Shown: piece after piece, positions 18,836 through 30,189 of the stretch
Numbering within the stretch: the stretch's first letter is position 1
How the letters are laid out: each line of letters starts with the position of its first letter
Position numbers and translations under genes: made by a program
Assembly (NCBI GenBank): GCA_963717145.1
Contig: OY970325.1
Span: 3,200,001 to 3,264,000 of the forward strand
Direction: 5' to 3'
DNA length: 64,000 nucleotides
Source of the DNA: an uncultured Armatimonadetes bacterium
Lineage (GTDB): Bacteria; Armatimonadota; UBA5829; DTJY01
Notes under the pieces: model-generated
Told to the model about the DNA's origin: nothing
The model's database searches: none
Seen by the model: only the letters and a program-made list of their open reading frames with translations

Positions 18836-19804
18836 TCAAGCCTTGCACATCAGTTCTTCGATGGCGCGTCTGACCAGGTTCACTGCCTTGGGATGCCGCA
18901 TGATCAGAAGATCACTTCCCGCCTGGAGCAGAGGAATCGCCGTCATCGCTTCCCACATCGGTCCTCGCTCTTCCGCAGGTCCCCACTGAGGCACTTCCTC
19001 GGTGGATGCTTTGGCTTCCTTGCCGCGCCATGCTTCCTCGCCGATCTGGCAAATCACCGGCGGGGACATCATCTTGTCTCCGCCCAAAGCCGCAAGCCGG
19101 CCTCGTTCCTGGATGGAGTAAGCGTACTCGATGCCGTACCCCAAGCCGCCTGTGGTCGGGTACATGACGATCCTGTCCATGGGGAACCCCATCTCCGAGA
19201 CGAGGATATTGACCTGCTTGGCGATGTTGATGTCCAGCGGCGACTCGTTGATCATCGCGTGGCCGTCCGCCATACAGGATGCGGTGAGTGTCTTGTAGTT
19301 GTCCTCCTTGGCAGTGCCGAAGAGGCATCGCTCGCCCGCAGCCGCCTCGCTGCACTTCGGGAGCACCATGTTGTCCTTCTCGTCGACATCGCACCCCCAG
19401 ACGATGAGCGGCACCTTGACCGCGGCCAATACCGCCTTGACGACAGCAGCCGCATCATCCGGCGACCTATCCCCGAAATCGGGGTGAATGCTCTCGAGGC
19501 GCAGGCATATCATTTCCGCCCCATACGCCTCGACGCATTTCGCGGCCCATGCGGCCGGATCGCCGATGACGTCGGAAAACGGCTCGACGAGAGCATCGGG
19601 CCAGTCCGTGGGCTCCATGTCCAGGACCTCCATGGCGATTACCGGCTTGTTCGGAGTGTCACCATCGAAGTGCAGGAACGGCAGGGTTCCGGCTCCACCC
19701 ACGACAACCGTGGAGCCTCGAGTCCCGCCCTCCTGAGGCGTCGCGCCGATACTCACGGAGGCCACTGAGGCGGACCATTTTTCCTTCGGTTCTTCAACTG
19801 GCAT
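18836..19804 (-). CDS. acsD: Corrinoid Fe-S protein small subunit
   Basis: LPFLHFDG, SPLDINIAKQVNI, GGLGYGIEYAYS, MRHP. Confidence 0.93.
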   Translation of the reverse strand: MPVEEPKEKWSASVASVSIGATPQEGGTRGSTVVVGGAGTLPFLHFDGDTPNKPVIAMEVLDMEPTDWPDALVEPFSDVIGDPAAWAAKCVEAYGAEMICLRLESIHPDFGDRSPDDAAAVVKAVLAAVKVPLIVWGCDVDEKDNMVLPKCSEAAAGERCLFGTAKEDNYKTLTASCMADGHAMINESPLDINIAKQVNILVSEMGFPMDRIVMYPTTGGLGYGIEYAYSIQERGRLAALGGDKMMSPPVICQIGEEAWRGKEAKASTEEVPQWGPAEERGPMWEAMTAIPLLQAGSDLLIMRHPKAVNLVRRAIEELMCKA

Positions 19805-19818
19805 TTTCTATTCTCCCT

Positions 19819-20604
19819 TTATCGGTTTGCTTGGCTCCCGACGACGGGGGTCGCCGGGGAAACACCGATTCCTGTTAGTATCTCTTCGATTGCCGAGACT
19901 GCTTCAGACTCAGGGGGCAACCCGAGAAGCGGCTTACTGCTTAGCTCCAGTTCCCTCACAAGCGGGTCCTCGGGGACGCAGCCGATGAGTTCGAGCCCCG
20001 TTGCCGACATTGCCTGTTCTTTCGAAAACGATCCCGCGGGCGTTCGATTGACGATGAGCCCCATTCGCCCCTTCACGATGCCGAACTGCGTCGCCAACCC
20101 TGAGATTCGCCGTGCCGCCTGCAGACTCGTCGGCGTCGGATCGCTGACCACCAGCATCAGGTCCACCTTGTCATTCGTTCGACGGCTCAGGTGCTCCATA
20201 CCCGCTTCGTTGTCCAATACCACGTGCTTGTATCTCGACGACAACTCCTGCAGGAACGTCCGGAGCATATTATTGAGCGAGCAGTAACATCCCGGTCCTT
20301 CGCCTCGCCCCATGACGACCAGATCGAACCCGTTGCCTTCTACCAGTGTCTGCTCAACCTGGTACTCGACGGCGCGCTGCTTCGGAACGCCCGCAGGAGC
20401 CTCGTATTTGTTATGGAGGGCATCCTCCCTGATATCGCCTATCGTGACGTCAACCTTGACGCCCAGCTTTTCGGCGAGCGTGCTGTTGGGATCGGCGTCC
20501 ACGGCCAGCACCGGCGTCTCTTGCCGACCTATCAGGTACCGGACGACGAGCGCGGCCAGCGTCGACTTCCCCACCCCACCTTTTCCTGCGACTGCGATAA
20601 CCAT
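19819..20604 (-). CDS. acsF: CooC/AcsF-type Ni-insertion ATPase
   Basis: AVAGKGGVGKS, DADPN, GPGCYC, DNEAGMEHLSR. Confidence 0.88.
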   Translation of the reverse strand: MVIAVAGKGGVGKSTLAALVVRYLIGRQETPVLAVDADPNSTLAEKLGVKVDVTIGDIREDALHNKYEAPAGVPKQRAVEYQVEQTLVEGNGFDLVVMGRGEGPGCYCSLNNMLRTFLQELSSRYKHVVLDNEAGMEHLSRRTNDKVDLMLVVSDPTPTSLQAARRISGLATQFGIVKGRMGLIVNRTPAGSFSKEQAMSATGLELIGCVPEDPLVRELELSSKPLLGLPPESEAVSAIEEILTGIGVSPATPVVGSQANR

Positions 20605-22523
20605 TATTCTTTCGCCAACTGCTTCTGCACAGAGGGAAACTTCTCTATGTCCGTGTGCGGAAGGAACAGTGCGGACGTGTATTCGTTCATAAACTTCGGA
20701 TCGGTGCTCAACTCGATGTATGTCATGTTGGCGGCGATGCATTCCGCCTCTTCCTGAGCCTGCCTCGACAGCAGCATCATCTTCGCGCCCTGCAGCGACC
20801 CGTTGCCCATGTACTGGAATGAATCCAGCGGAACATCGGGCAGCATCCCGATCGTGATCGCCTTCCCGGCGTCAAGATAGTTGCCGAATCCGCCTGAGAT
20901 ATAGATGTTCTGCAGGTCCGAGAACTGCAGGCCCACGGTGCCGAGCAGACACTCGGACGCGTGATATATCGCCCCCTTGGAGCGGATGAAATTGTGTACG
21001 TCTGCCTGCGTAATCACGATATCCCTGCCGTCAGCGGTGAGCGCGGCTTCGACGAGCACGAATTCCATGCCGTCTTCGCCTTCCCGCAATCGGCCTGAGC
21101 CACCGTTATCCACCAACCGTCCGCTTCTCTCGAGGCAGTTGTTCCTGAGCAACCCGGCGATCGTATCGATAAGCCCTGACCCGCAGAGTCCGGTCGGGTT
21201 TCCACCGCCGATGACGCTGTAAGAGATCACCTGACCGCCTTTTCGCATGCTCAGTCGCTCTATCGCGCCTTTGGTCGCCCGCATCCCACAGGAGATACCG
21301 CCTCCCTCGAAGGTGGGCCCGGCAGAAGCGGAACAGCAGACCAGCCAATCTTGGTTCCCGATCACGATCTCGGCGTTGGTGCCTACATCGATCAGCATAC
21401 TCGGCTCGGGCGACCGCGCCATCCCCGAGACCAGTACTCCGGCTGCGACATCTCCTCCGACGTAACAGGCGGCGGCCGGCGCGCAATACAGCAGACCGCG
21501 CGGATTGATCTTGATGCCTACCTCGGCGGCTCGTATCACAGGCGGCGCCGCGCTCACAGGGATATACGGCTCCAACCGTATCGCCGACGGGTCCAGCCCC
21601 AGGAGCAGGTGGGTCATCGTCGTGTTACCCGTGCAGGCCACATAAGTCACATCGTTGAGCGGCACCTCCGTTGAGCTCACGAGCCCCGCAATGAGATTGT
21701 TGATATCATCGATCACGCACTCGGAGAGCCGCGCGAGTTTCTCCTTGGTATTCGCATACATGATCCGCGAGATGACATCCTCGCCGTACTGGATCTGCGC
21801 GTTGTACGTCGCCTGCCTGCCAACCGTTCTCGGGCTGTTCAGATCTACCAGATGGGCCACGACCGTGGTCGTGCCAACATCCACCGCCACGCCGTAATTG
21901 CGCCCGGAGGTATCTCCGCCCTCCACCTGCAGGACTTCGACCGTGCCGCCGCGGAGTCCGAGGGTCGCCGTAACTGTCCAGTCGCATTCCCTGAGCAACC
22001 CGCTCAACTGCTTGAGTTGGGCCAACCCCATTTGGATCACGGGGATTTCACAGCCTCGCTTGAGTTCCCTGTACAGCCGTTCCAGATCGCCCAGACGATC
22101 GTCCAGGCTCGGCGTCGGCAGTACGAGAGCAAGTTTCCTCGAGAGCGGATCGTGCGGATACGGCTTGCCCTCACCCACCAGGACTCGAGTCGAACTGAAG
22201 CGGAGGGCATCCTCGTCAGCCATCTGCGGCTTTCCGCTCAGGCGTGACTCCGGCGGGACCTCGATAACCGCATCGCTTCGGAGGAAACACTTGCATGCCA
22301 GAACATAGCCGCTCTGGACCTCTTCGCGGCTGAGATGCATGGTCGGTTCGGCCCAGACGTCGCCGGACCGGACGATGACTTTGCACCGCCCGCACATGCC
22401 GTCCCCGCCGCAGGTGCGATTCACATACACGCCCGCCGATTCTGCGGCCTCGAGAACCGTCTTATGATCACCAACTCGCGTGGATCTTTCGTCCGGTAGA
22501 AAGGTAACCTGGAATTCAGGCAT
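20604..22523 (-). CDS. acsV: Corrinoid reductive activator (RACo/AcsV; 2Fe-2S + ASKHA)
   Basis: CGGDGMCGRC, DVGTTT, GEDVISRI, DVGTNAE, SAGPTFEG, CGSG, GGFGNY. Confidence 0.9.
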   Translation of the reverse strand: MPEFQVTFLPDERSTRVGDHKTVLEAAESAGVYVNRTCGGDGMCGRCKVIVRSGDVWAEPTMHLSREEVQSGYVLACKCFLRSDAVIEVPPESRLSGKPQMADEDALRFSSTRVLVGEGKPYPHDPLSRKLALVLPTPSLDDRLGDLERLYRELKRGCEIPVIQMGLAQLKQLSGLLRECDWTVTATLGLRGGTVEVLQVEGGDTSGRNYGVAVDVGTTTVVAHLVDLNSPRTVGRQATYNAQIQYGEDVISRIMYANTKEKLARLSECVIDDINNLIAGLVSSTEVPLNDVTYVACTGNTTMTHLLLGLDPSAIRLEPYIPVSAAPPVIRAAEVGIKINPRGLLYCAPAAACYVGGDVAAGVLVSGMARSPEPSMLIDVGTNAEIVIGNQDWLVCCSASAGPTFEGGGISCGMRATKGAIERLSMRKGGQVISYSVIGGGNPTGLCGSGLIDTIAGLLRNNCLERSGRLVDNGGSGRLREGEDGMEFVLVEAALTADGRDIVITQADVHNFIRSKGAIYHASECLLGTVGLQFSDLQNIYISGGFGNYLDAGKAITIGMLPDVPLDSFQYMGNGSLQGAKMMLLSRQAQEEAECIAANMTYIELSTDPKFMNEYTSALFLPHTDIEKFPSVQKQLAKE

Positions 22524-22542
22524 CAGTTACAGACCGTCGATT

Positions 22543-23877
22543 CTATTCCGACTTCCACATCGTCTTGAGATACTTCGGAATGCTGGAGGACTCGCGCGGG
22601 CCCACAAGGACCTCCCATCCGGACTCCTCCTGAAGGCTTCCGCTCATGACGGTTATGTAGCCAGGTATAATGACTTTTCGGTGAGCGACTTTGCTCGTCA
22701 CCTCGTCGCTGTTCAGGAACTGCGCCACCTTGGCGGCGGTCAACTTCTCAGATGCCCATGCCGTCAGGACAGACGTTCCTTCCGTGTCGATGACCCCGAC
22801 GTAGCACGGTATTCGGCTCGCCTCGACGTCGCTCTCAACCGTGTAGTAGGTCAACGAGAAGTTCGTGGTGATCAGAAGCGGCGACTTATCGGTTACAGCG
22901 CCGATCTGGTACAGCTTGGGCTCAACCTGCACCGGCTTCCTGGGATCGGTGAAGATGTTCATGCGAACAGTCAACAGCGGGAGAATCCGCCAGGGCTCCG
23001 CGGTGTCAACGACGACAATGCCCGCGTACTTGGCGATGAACGTTCCCGCCTCCGCCAATGCCAGGTCCTGATCCTCGGTCGAAGGCATCGCCATGCAGGG
23101 ATATCCGAGTGGCCGGAAATTCTTCTTCAGGCTCAGTCGGCGTACTTTGGTCAGCGCCTCGACTGTCTCGGCAAAGCAGGCTGAGGTAACATCCAGGACG
23201 AGTTGCTGAACGCCCGCGCCCGCCAGCTTCTGTGTCAGTCCCGCTGCCTGATCGAGGCTTGACGCATCGACCGCCAGCGGGCAGCACTTCGCCTTCGCCA
23301 GAGCCGCCAGTTGCTCCCAGTTCTCTGCATCCGCGCGGAAAATCAATGGGTTCTGGTCCGCGCAGATGTCGAGAGCGGCGGAGAGCGCTTCAGGGTTCTT
23401 CGACATCAGGATGAGCGCCAACCCAGACTGGCTCGCGGCGGATACCGCGCTGACGAACTTGTCCTTATCGCCCGAAACATTGTCCACCGCGATCATATCG
23501 ACCGCGATCTTCTGGCCCACTCTCTCGAAGCTCAATGCCTTCACGGCATCGACGGCGGCCTGGATATCCGCGACGTCGTCTCCGATGCGGACGGCGACAC
23601 CTGTGGGGTGGTAGAAGGTCTCATCGTGGCGGAAGAGAACCGTCTCATTCCCCACCTCCACCTTCGCGTCACCCTTCCCGATAGTGACGAGGCGAACCGG
23701 CGGCTCGGAAGCACCCTCGAGAGCGGCGAGCGCCTCTGAGGTGATATCCGGGCACTGGTCGATGCTGGCTTTCTTTGCGGCCAGTTGCATCGCAAACGCC
23801 AGGCAAGTCGGATGCCCGCACTTCGCACAGTTCGTCTTCGGCAGATGCTTGTACACGTCCAGAGCTTTGAGAGCCAT
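22543..23877 (-). CDS. acsC: Corrinoid Fe-S protein large subunit
   Basis: LPKTNCAKCGHPTCLAFA, ETVLFRH, TTNFSLTY, SVLTAWA; GGAGG RBS. Confidence 0.95.
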   Translation of the reverse strand: MALKALDVYKHLPKTNCAKCGHPTCLAFAMQLAAKKASIDQCPDITSEALAALEGASEPPVRLVTIGKGDAKVEVGNETVLFRHDETFYHPTGVAVRIGDDVADIQAAVDAVKALSFERVGQKIAVDMIAVDNVSGDKDKFVSAVSAASQSGLALILMSKNPEALSAALDICADQNPLIFRADAENWEQLAALAKAKCCPLAVDASSLDQAAGLTQKLAGAGVQQLVLDVTSACFAETVEALTKVRRLSLKKNFRPLGYPCMAMPSTEDQDLALAEAGTFIAKYAGIVVVDTAEPWRILPLLTVRMNIFTDPRKPVQVEPKLYQIGAVTDKSPLLITTNFSLTYYTVESDVEASRIPCYVGVIDTEGTSVLTAWASEKLTAAKVAQFLNSDEVTSKVAHRKVIIPGYITVMSGSLQEESGWEVLVGPRESSSIPKYLKTMWKSE

Positions 23878-23910
23878 GGTTTCCTCCAGGTCTGATTTTA
23901 TTGTATCTAG

Positions 23911-24050
23911 GCAGGGGCGAAGCATTGGCTACCGGCATCAGTGGACGCTGTCATTCTGAGCGAAGTGAAGAATCTGGCTTCTTCAGCCGGTTGCCAGATT
24001 CTTCACTTCGCTCAGAATGACAGCGTAGGCAGCCAATGCTTCGCCCCTAC
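23911..24050. repeat. Nested palindrome: family B arms (GGGGCGAAGCATTGGC) enclosing a family E hairpin (GTCATTCTGAGCGAAG, 23946-24025)
   Basis: Outer arms match 37892-37961 and 46201-46270; inner hairpin matches 44136-44195. Confidence 0.9.
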
Positions 24051-24063
24051 AGGAATGCGTGTT

Positions 24064-26245
24064 CTAGAACAGCGGATCCAACTCCAGCGCCGGATGCCCG
24101 ACCTTGGTCAGATATTCCAGCAGCTCCTCGGCGGTCTCCGCGCACGTCTCATCGGCGATCTTGTCGGCGATATCGGGGATACCGATCTCTATGCCTCGCG
24201 CATCGAGCTTTGATCGCAGGAAGTCCTTCAGCTCCTTAGGCATCCAGACGAGCCGCTGTAATCCGCCATCGGCGGAGATGAACTTCTTGCTTGTTACGTA
24301 CAGCCGGCCGACGCCCAGGAACCCGGGAGTCTGATTGCCGCCGCCGACTGAACCCGCCAGCGTGGAGAACGGCATGCCGCACGGCGTCATCCCGGGATAC
24401 TCGCGATTGACGATCATCAGGCCGTTGGCTTCCGGCACGATGGCCATGATGCACTCGAAGCAGCCGCACGAGGTCATCGGGTCTTCCATCACCGAGTAGA
24501 GGTTCATATGCTCGATGGACCTGTTCGAGTGATCGTAGACGAACTGGTTGATCCCTTCCCACTGGCCCTTTTCCTCGTCGATGGTCCGTCCTTTGAGAAT
24601 CGGCTGGTTGCAGCCGACGGGGTTGATCTCGAATCCCGCCTTGCCGTCGAGCCAGTTGTATGCGCCGCACAGTCCGAGCCGCTCGGGGCTGATGACACAC
24701 ACGTGCGCCGGCGCATAGGACTGGCATAGCGTGCAGGAGTAGAATGTGTCCACGCTCTCGTCGATCATGCCGGCGATCCGGTCGTCGCGATACGCGTAGG
24801 TGGCCATCGCCTCCGGGAGTAGTTCATCGATCGCCTTCTGGTCGGTGATGACGGTGACCTGAATCTTGTCCACGATAGCACCGTAGTCGTCGTGCAACTT
24901 CGCGTGCAGGATGGTGCCGAAATGCTTGAGCCTGAATCCCTTGGCAAAGGCTTCTTTGCTGATTCGTACCCAGATCTGGTTTCGCTGACCCATGTGGAAG
25001 ATGCCCATCGCCTCGTTGATGAACGAGTGGACCTGTCGTTCCATGATCGACTCGAAGTCCTTCTGCATCTTTCGGCCGGCGATCTCGATGAGGATGCCGA
25101 GCGGCATGGCGCTCCCGACCTCGGCGGTGTCGACATCCGGGCCGATCAACTCGACCTTGCCGTCCTCGATCTGATCCGCGTCCTTCGTTCTGCAGATACT
25201 CGAAGGCCGTCGAATACTTGCCGCCGAACTCGACCTGCATGTCCTCCCTGCGCACTCGCTCGCCTTCGAAGGCTGCCGCGAACGGAACGGGGATGTCCAG
25301 GTCGTGAACCTTGATCTTGACGCCTCTGACTTCGACGCATCTCGGGACGATCTTGCTGTGATCGAGTTCGTGCACGACATGCTCGAACGTGCAGATGCCT
25401 GTCGGGAGGATCTCAGGAATCGGGGTGTCGGCGATGACAGGGAATCCCATGTTGATCGCACCGGCGCCCGTCGCATACTTGATGTCGTCGACCTCGCCGA
25501 GCGTCAGACCGAATGCGAAGACTCGGTCCTTGCAGTATAGCAGAGCCTTGCGCGCCTCGCCGGGCTTCACGCCGCCGAATGTGAGCGCGCCGCGGATCGC
25601 CCAGTGCAGGGGATAGATGCCGGTGATGGTGTCTCGGCCGTAGGGTACGATGTACGTATCCCAGCCCATCTCGACCTTGGCTTCCTTGAGCTGGTCGACG
25701 ATGCTGATGCCGTTGGTGCTCGATCCGACGAACGACAGAATGCTTCTCTTCTGCAGCTCACGAACGATGTTCACCGCGGTCTCGGTGTCAGGGGCGGCTC
25801 CGAGTATGGCCGCGAACCCCGGCATTCGTCCGTCAACCAACTGAATGCCCAGAGTCCTCAGGATGGTATCGGAGAAGAATCCGTTGCAGTCCGGCTGGGG
25901 CTCCGTCGCCGTTGCAGATATCGGATCGCGACGATGATCTCTTCGGCCAGCATCGTCGCGATGCCCGAGTCGAGCGCGTCGCCGAGATATGGCAGCCACA
26001 GACTGTCGGATGGCAACTGCGGCAGCAAGATCTTGGCAGTGGTCAAGGACCGGCTTCACGTCGCCCAGGGTCTTGACCTCTATCCCCATCAGTGCGTTTG
26101 CCATGGGGAAGAAGAACGCGGTTTCCGGGAACCCGACCTTGGTGTCCTCTCCCTTTGACTCCCGCGCTTTGCTCCAGGCCTCATCGGCCTGTGATACTAC
26201 GTCGTGTGCGCCTCGAATTGCTGCACTGGCTATGATCTTTGACAT
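24064..26245 (-). CDS. acsB: Acetyl-CoA synthase (CODH/ACS), three frameshifts (~26030, ~25910, ~25190)
   Basis: LWLPYLGDALDSG, QLVDGRMPGFAA, FYSCTLCQS, HVCVISPERLGLCGA, DPMTSCGCFEC. Confidence 0.93.
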
Positions 26246-26344
26246 GAACTTGAATCTCCTCTACCGCCCGTAGGGCTCCATTATTGAAGACGCGCGGTTT
26301 CGCCGCATGGCTCACCCGTAGCGCCAATAATCAGTATATCCATC

Positions 26345-26417
26345 GCCGACCGCTTATCTCTCGGTCGGTCGCCGACCGTCTATCTCTCGGTCGGTTGCCG
26401 ACCGACTATCTGTCGGC
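26345..26417. repeat. About three tandem 26-bp hairpin units (GCCGACCG-nnTATCTCT-CGGTCGG)
   Basis: Units start at 26345, 26371 and 26397 (third is degenerate). Confidence 0.8.
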
Positions 26418-27704
26418 ACAGAGCAGCACCTCGCGGTACTCAGGCTCCGGGAACTTCTCCCGCTGATCGCCTATCAAGGGCATGATCGTCGCGAAACCAA
26501 AACTGCTGTCCAGCAGCCGATCCTTGATCGACGAAATGTCCACTTTCTTCCGCATAAGAGTTCCATAGACGCCGGCGCTGTCGATCTCGCCGACGAGCAC
26601 GGCTCCGACCACATCGTTGCCATCGAGGACAACCTTCCGGAAGACGTCTTTCTTCTCGCTGAACCGAGTGAGTATCTCATAGTCCGACGGCGACTTGGGT
26701 TTGACCAGTCCGATCGAGATCAGCGGCAGTCCGAAGAACTCGGCGGAGTTCATCCGCATCGAGCCAAGATACTCCTGATGCTGACCGGCCATGTTCGCGC
26801 CGGCGATCCGTCCCTGCTCGGCCGCTGCCGGCCAGATGGCGTTGACTGTTTCTTCGCCGGTCACCACGTCCATCGTCTCCGCCACGTCGCCGGCGGCATA
26901 GATGTCGGGGACGTTCGTCTTCAACTCGCTGTCGACCAGGATGCCCCAGTGCGTTCGGACTCCCGCGTCGCGTACGAGATCGATGTTGGAGTTGACGCCT
27001 TTGCCGACCACGATGATCTGGCAGTCGAGCTCGGTTCCATTCTCGAGCTTAACGCCTTCGACCTTGTCATCTCCGAGCACTTCGGTGACATCCGTACCGG
27101 TCACGACCGATATTCCGTTCGCCTCGAAGCGTCGGCGGAAGATCTCACCTGCCTCGGCATCGGCGATCTGCGAGAGCAGGTGTGGAGATCGGATAACCAC
27201 CGTGACCTTGAGCCCCATCGCATGGAGTCCGCTCGCCGCCATGAGGCCGACACATCCGCCGCCGAGGACGATTGCGCTCCCAGCGGTCTTGGCAACGCGA
27301 AGAATGCCGTGGAGGTCCATGGTAGTTCGGAAGCCGAAAACGCCATCCTTGTCCATGCCGGGAGTTTTGGGGATCTCCGGCGAGCCGCCCGTCGCGATCA
27401 GCAGCTTGTCATAGTTCAGCGTGTCGCCGTCGTCGAGCAGCAGGGACTTTTCATCCGGGTGGACCGACACAACACGCTTGCCCAGGAGAGCCTCGAAGCG
27501 GTTCGTCTCATAGTAGTCCTTGGGCCGGTACAGCATGTCCTCCTCGGAGATCTTACCTTCCATGAAGTATGGGATCAGACATCTGGAGTAGGCCGGATAG
27601 CTCTCCGCCGAGATGATCGTGACGGCTCCATCGGCATCCAGAGCGCGGATCGCCTCTGCTGCGTTCAGTCCTGCGGCGCTATTACCTACGATTATGTAAT
27701 GCAT
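26406..27704 (-). CDS. FAD/NAD(P)-dependent oxidoreductase (CODH-associated, NirB-like FNOR)
   Basis: IVGNSAAG, LLIATGG, GGGCVG, YAAGDVAE, AAEQGRIAGANM. Confidence 0.88.
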   Translation of the reverse strand: MHYIIVGNSAAGLNAAEAIRALDADGAVTIISAESYPAYSRCLIPYFMEGKISEEDMLYRPKDYYETNRFEALLGKRVVSVHPDEKSLLLDDGDTLNYDKLLIATGGSPEIPKTPGMDKDGVFGFRTTMDLHGILRVAKTAGSAIVLGGGCVGLMAASGLHAMGLKVTVVIRSPHLLSQIADAEAGEIFRRRFEANGISVVTGTDVTEVLGDDKVEGVKLENGTELDCQIIVVGKGVNSNIDLVRDAGVRTHWGILVDSELKTNVPDIYAAGDVAETMDVVTGEETVNAIWPAAAEQGRIAGANMAGQHQEYLGSMRMNSAEFFGLPLISIGLVKPKSPSDYEILTRFSEKKDVFRKVVLDGNDVVGAVLVGEIDSAGVYGTLMRKKVDISSIKDRLLDSSFGFATIMPLIGDQREKFPEPEYREVLLCADR

Positions 27705-27716
27705 CGTTGTCTCCCC

Positions 27717-28205
27717 TTACCTGGGTACAGTCTCAGGAATCTTGCTTTCCTTCTGATCTTCTTCGAACTCTTCGAACTCCTCATAGTGCAGCGCATGGGT
27801 CGGACAAGCCGCCACGCACGCAGGATCGTCGTGTCCTTCGCATAGGTCACATTTCAGCGCCTTTTCAGACTTCATGTCCGGGAACACCGCACCGAACGGA
27901 CAAACCATCACGCACATCCAGCAGCCGACACATTTGTCCCGATCGATCAGCACCTTGCCGGTCAACGGATCACGATAGGTCGCGCCGGTCTTGCATGCGT
28001 CGATGCAGGCGGCGACCTCGCAATGATGGCACCTCAGAGGGAACGGTCCCAGCTCTGAACTCCTGATCTTCACCAGCCGCTTGGGCCCGGATTCTTCCAG
28101 CAGCGCGCGGTAGAAATCGCCGCTCTTCGAGTGTCTGACCGCACAGGCGATCTCGCATGCCCGGCATGACAGGCACTTGCGACTATCACAATAGACTCTG
28201 GCCAT
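27717..28205 (-). CDS. cooF: CooF-type 4Fe-4S electron transfer protein
   Basis: CLSCRACEIAC, CHHCEVAACIDAC, CVGCWMCVMVCP, KCDLC...CVAACPT. Confidence 0.88.
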   Translation of the reverse strand: MARVYCDSRKCLSCRACEIACAVRHSKSGDFYRALLEESGPKRLVKIRSSELGPFPLRCHHCEVAACIDACKTGATYRDPLTGKVLIDRDKCVGCWMCVMVCPFGAVFPDMKSEKALKCDLCEGHDDPACVAACPTHALHYEEFEEFEEDQKESKIPETVPR

Positions 28206-28225
28206 CGCTATATCCTCCTCCGGAC

Positions 28226-30164
28226 TCACGCGGAAACGGCTGCTTCCTCTTTGTTGGTTTCCGACAGCATCGGTCGGAGCTTGAGCGCGGCTCGCTTCTT
28301 GTTGATGTGCTCGATCATCATGCCCGCTGCCTTGATCGGATCTATCTCGAAGGCGAACTTCCCGCCGTATTCCTTCTCGATGCCTCCGCAGATGTAGTCG
28401 GTCAGGTTCTTACTCCCGAGGACGGGATGCGGAGAACCGAAGATCGTGTAGAGGCCCGAAGCAACGACATAGAAGCCGATCGAGATGGCCTTCTCGCTCA
28501 TCCATTCCGGGGCGGCGCCTGCTACGGGAATATCGCTTATATCCTCGCCCAGGCCGCCTTCCGCCAGAACATTGCACAGAGCGATGAGTATGCGCGTGTT
28601 GTCCACGCATGCGCCCAGGTGCAGCACCGGTGGAATGCCGACTGTCTCACAGATCTCCCGCAGTCCCGGGCCGGCGTACTTCGGCGCCCTCAGGAGAGAG
28701 CAGCCCCGTCTTCGCACATGCGATTGCGGCACATCCGGTCTGAACCACGAGGACATCGTTCTTGATGAGTTCCATCGTCATGTCGAGGTGAGCGGAATCT
28801 TGGCACACATTCGGGTTGTTGCAGCCGACAACGCCGGCCAGCCCGCGTATTCGGCCCTCGATGATTGCATTGTTGAGTGGCCGATAGGTGGAGCGGTATT
28901 TCCCGCCAAGGAACTGGAAGACGTTATCCGCCGTGAAACCTGCCACCAGGCCCTCCCTGATATCAGGGATCTGCACGCCCGCCTTCTCACGATTGGGGAA
29001 GTTCTCCACTGCCAGGCGAACTATCTGCTTGGCGATCTCCAGGCCACGCTTCTCATCGAACTCGATGTGAGTCACTTCTGCCGGGAACCGGGATTTCGGG
29101 GAAGTGGTGACCAGCTTGGTGTGGAAGCACTTGGCGATCTCGGTCAGACCGGGCATGACGCACTGCACGTCCACGATCATGGCATCGACCGCGCCGGTCA
29201 GCATCGCCAGTTCCTGCGACAGGAAGTTGCCGGCCACAGGGACCCCGTGGCGCATCAATATCTCGTTCGCCGTGCAGCAGATCCCGGCGAGGGTGATCCC
29301 ATTTGCGCCCTTCTCCTTCGCCAGCGCGAGGAGTTCCGGGTCGCGGGAAGCGGTCACGATCATCTCGGACAGCGTGGGCTCGTGACCGTGGACGACGATG
29401 TTGACCTCGCCTTCCTGGAGCACGCCCAGGTTCACCTGGGATCGAACGGGAGTCGGCGCACCGAACAGGATGTCGCTCAGCTCGGTGGCGAGCATGGATC
29501 CGCCCCACCCGTTCGCCAGCGCGGTCCGAATCCCATGGGAGATCACGCTCTTGTAGTCGTTGTCGACGCCCATGGTGGAGATGTCCATCAACTGGACGAC
29601 TTCACGGTCGATACCCCGCGGGGTGACTCCACGCTCCTGCCATAACTTCTGTCGCTTCTCAGGCGCGCGTTTCACGAACCGAAGCTGCCCGTGCTGCCTT
29701 CCGAACTCCTCGAAGGCGATCTCGGCGACCTTGCCCGCAATCTTGTTGATGTCGAGGCCCTTGGTGTCTATGCCGAATTCCTCAGCCAGCGCGCGAAGCT
29801 TCTCCGGGTTCTTGATCTGGTATCCCCCGGTTTCTCCTTGTCCGGCCATCAGGAGCGCCTCGGCAACATCCCGTCCGTGGTCGCCGTGCGCAGCCGTGCC
29901 TGCTGCGATCATTCTGACCAGGTTTCGGGCGGCAATCGTATCGGCATCGGCGCCGCAGACCCCGGTCTGAGGGCCTTCGCCAAACGGATCTATTCGACAA
30001 GGACCCATGTTGCATATACGGCAGCAGACTCCGAGCTTGCCGAATCCACACTGGGGCTGCATAGCGTCCCAGCGATCAAAGGCGGTCGGAATCTCGGCCT
30101 CGGCCGCGCGATCGAGCATCGCTTGTGCGGCGGCATCGGCAGTGCGTTTCTTCTTCGAATCCAT
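28226..30164 (-). CDS. cooS: Ni,Fe carbon monoxide dehydrogenase, one frameshift (~28685)
   Basis: CGFG, CCRICNMGPC, C-cluster ligands HGHEP, GICCT, DVQC, GCNN, TGCAA, GACVDN, APEWMSEKA. Confidence 0.94.
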
Positions 30165-30189
30165 GATCTGTATCTCCTCTGTCGGGCGG

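Noticed and set aside
26345-26417. Mini CRISPR array
   Set aside because: Units are directly adjacent with no unique spacers; no cas genes
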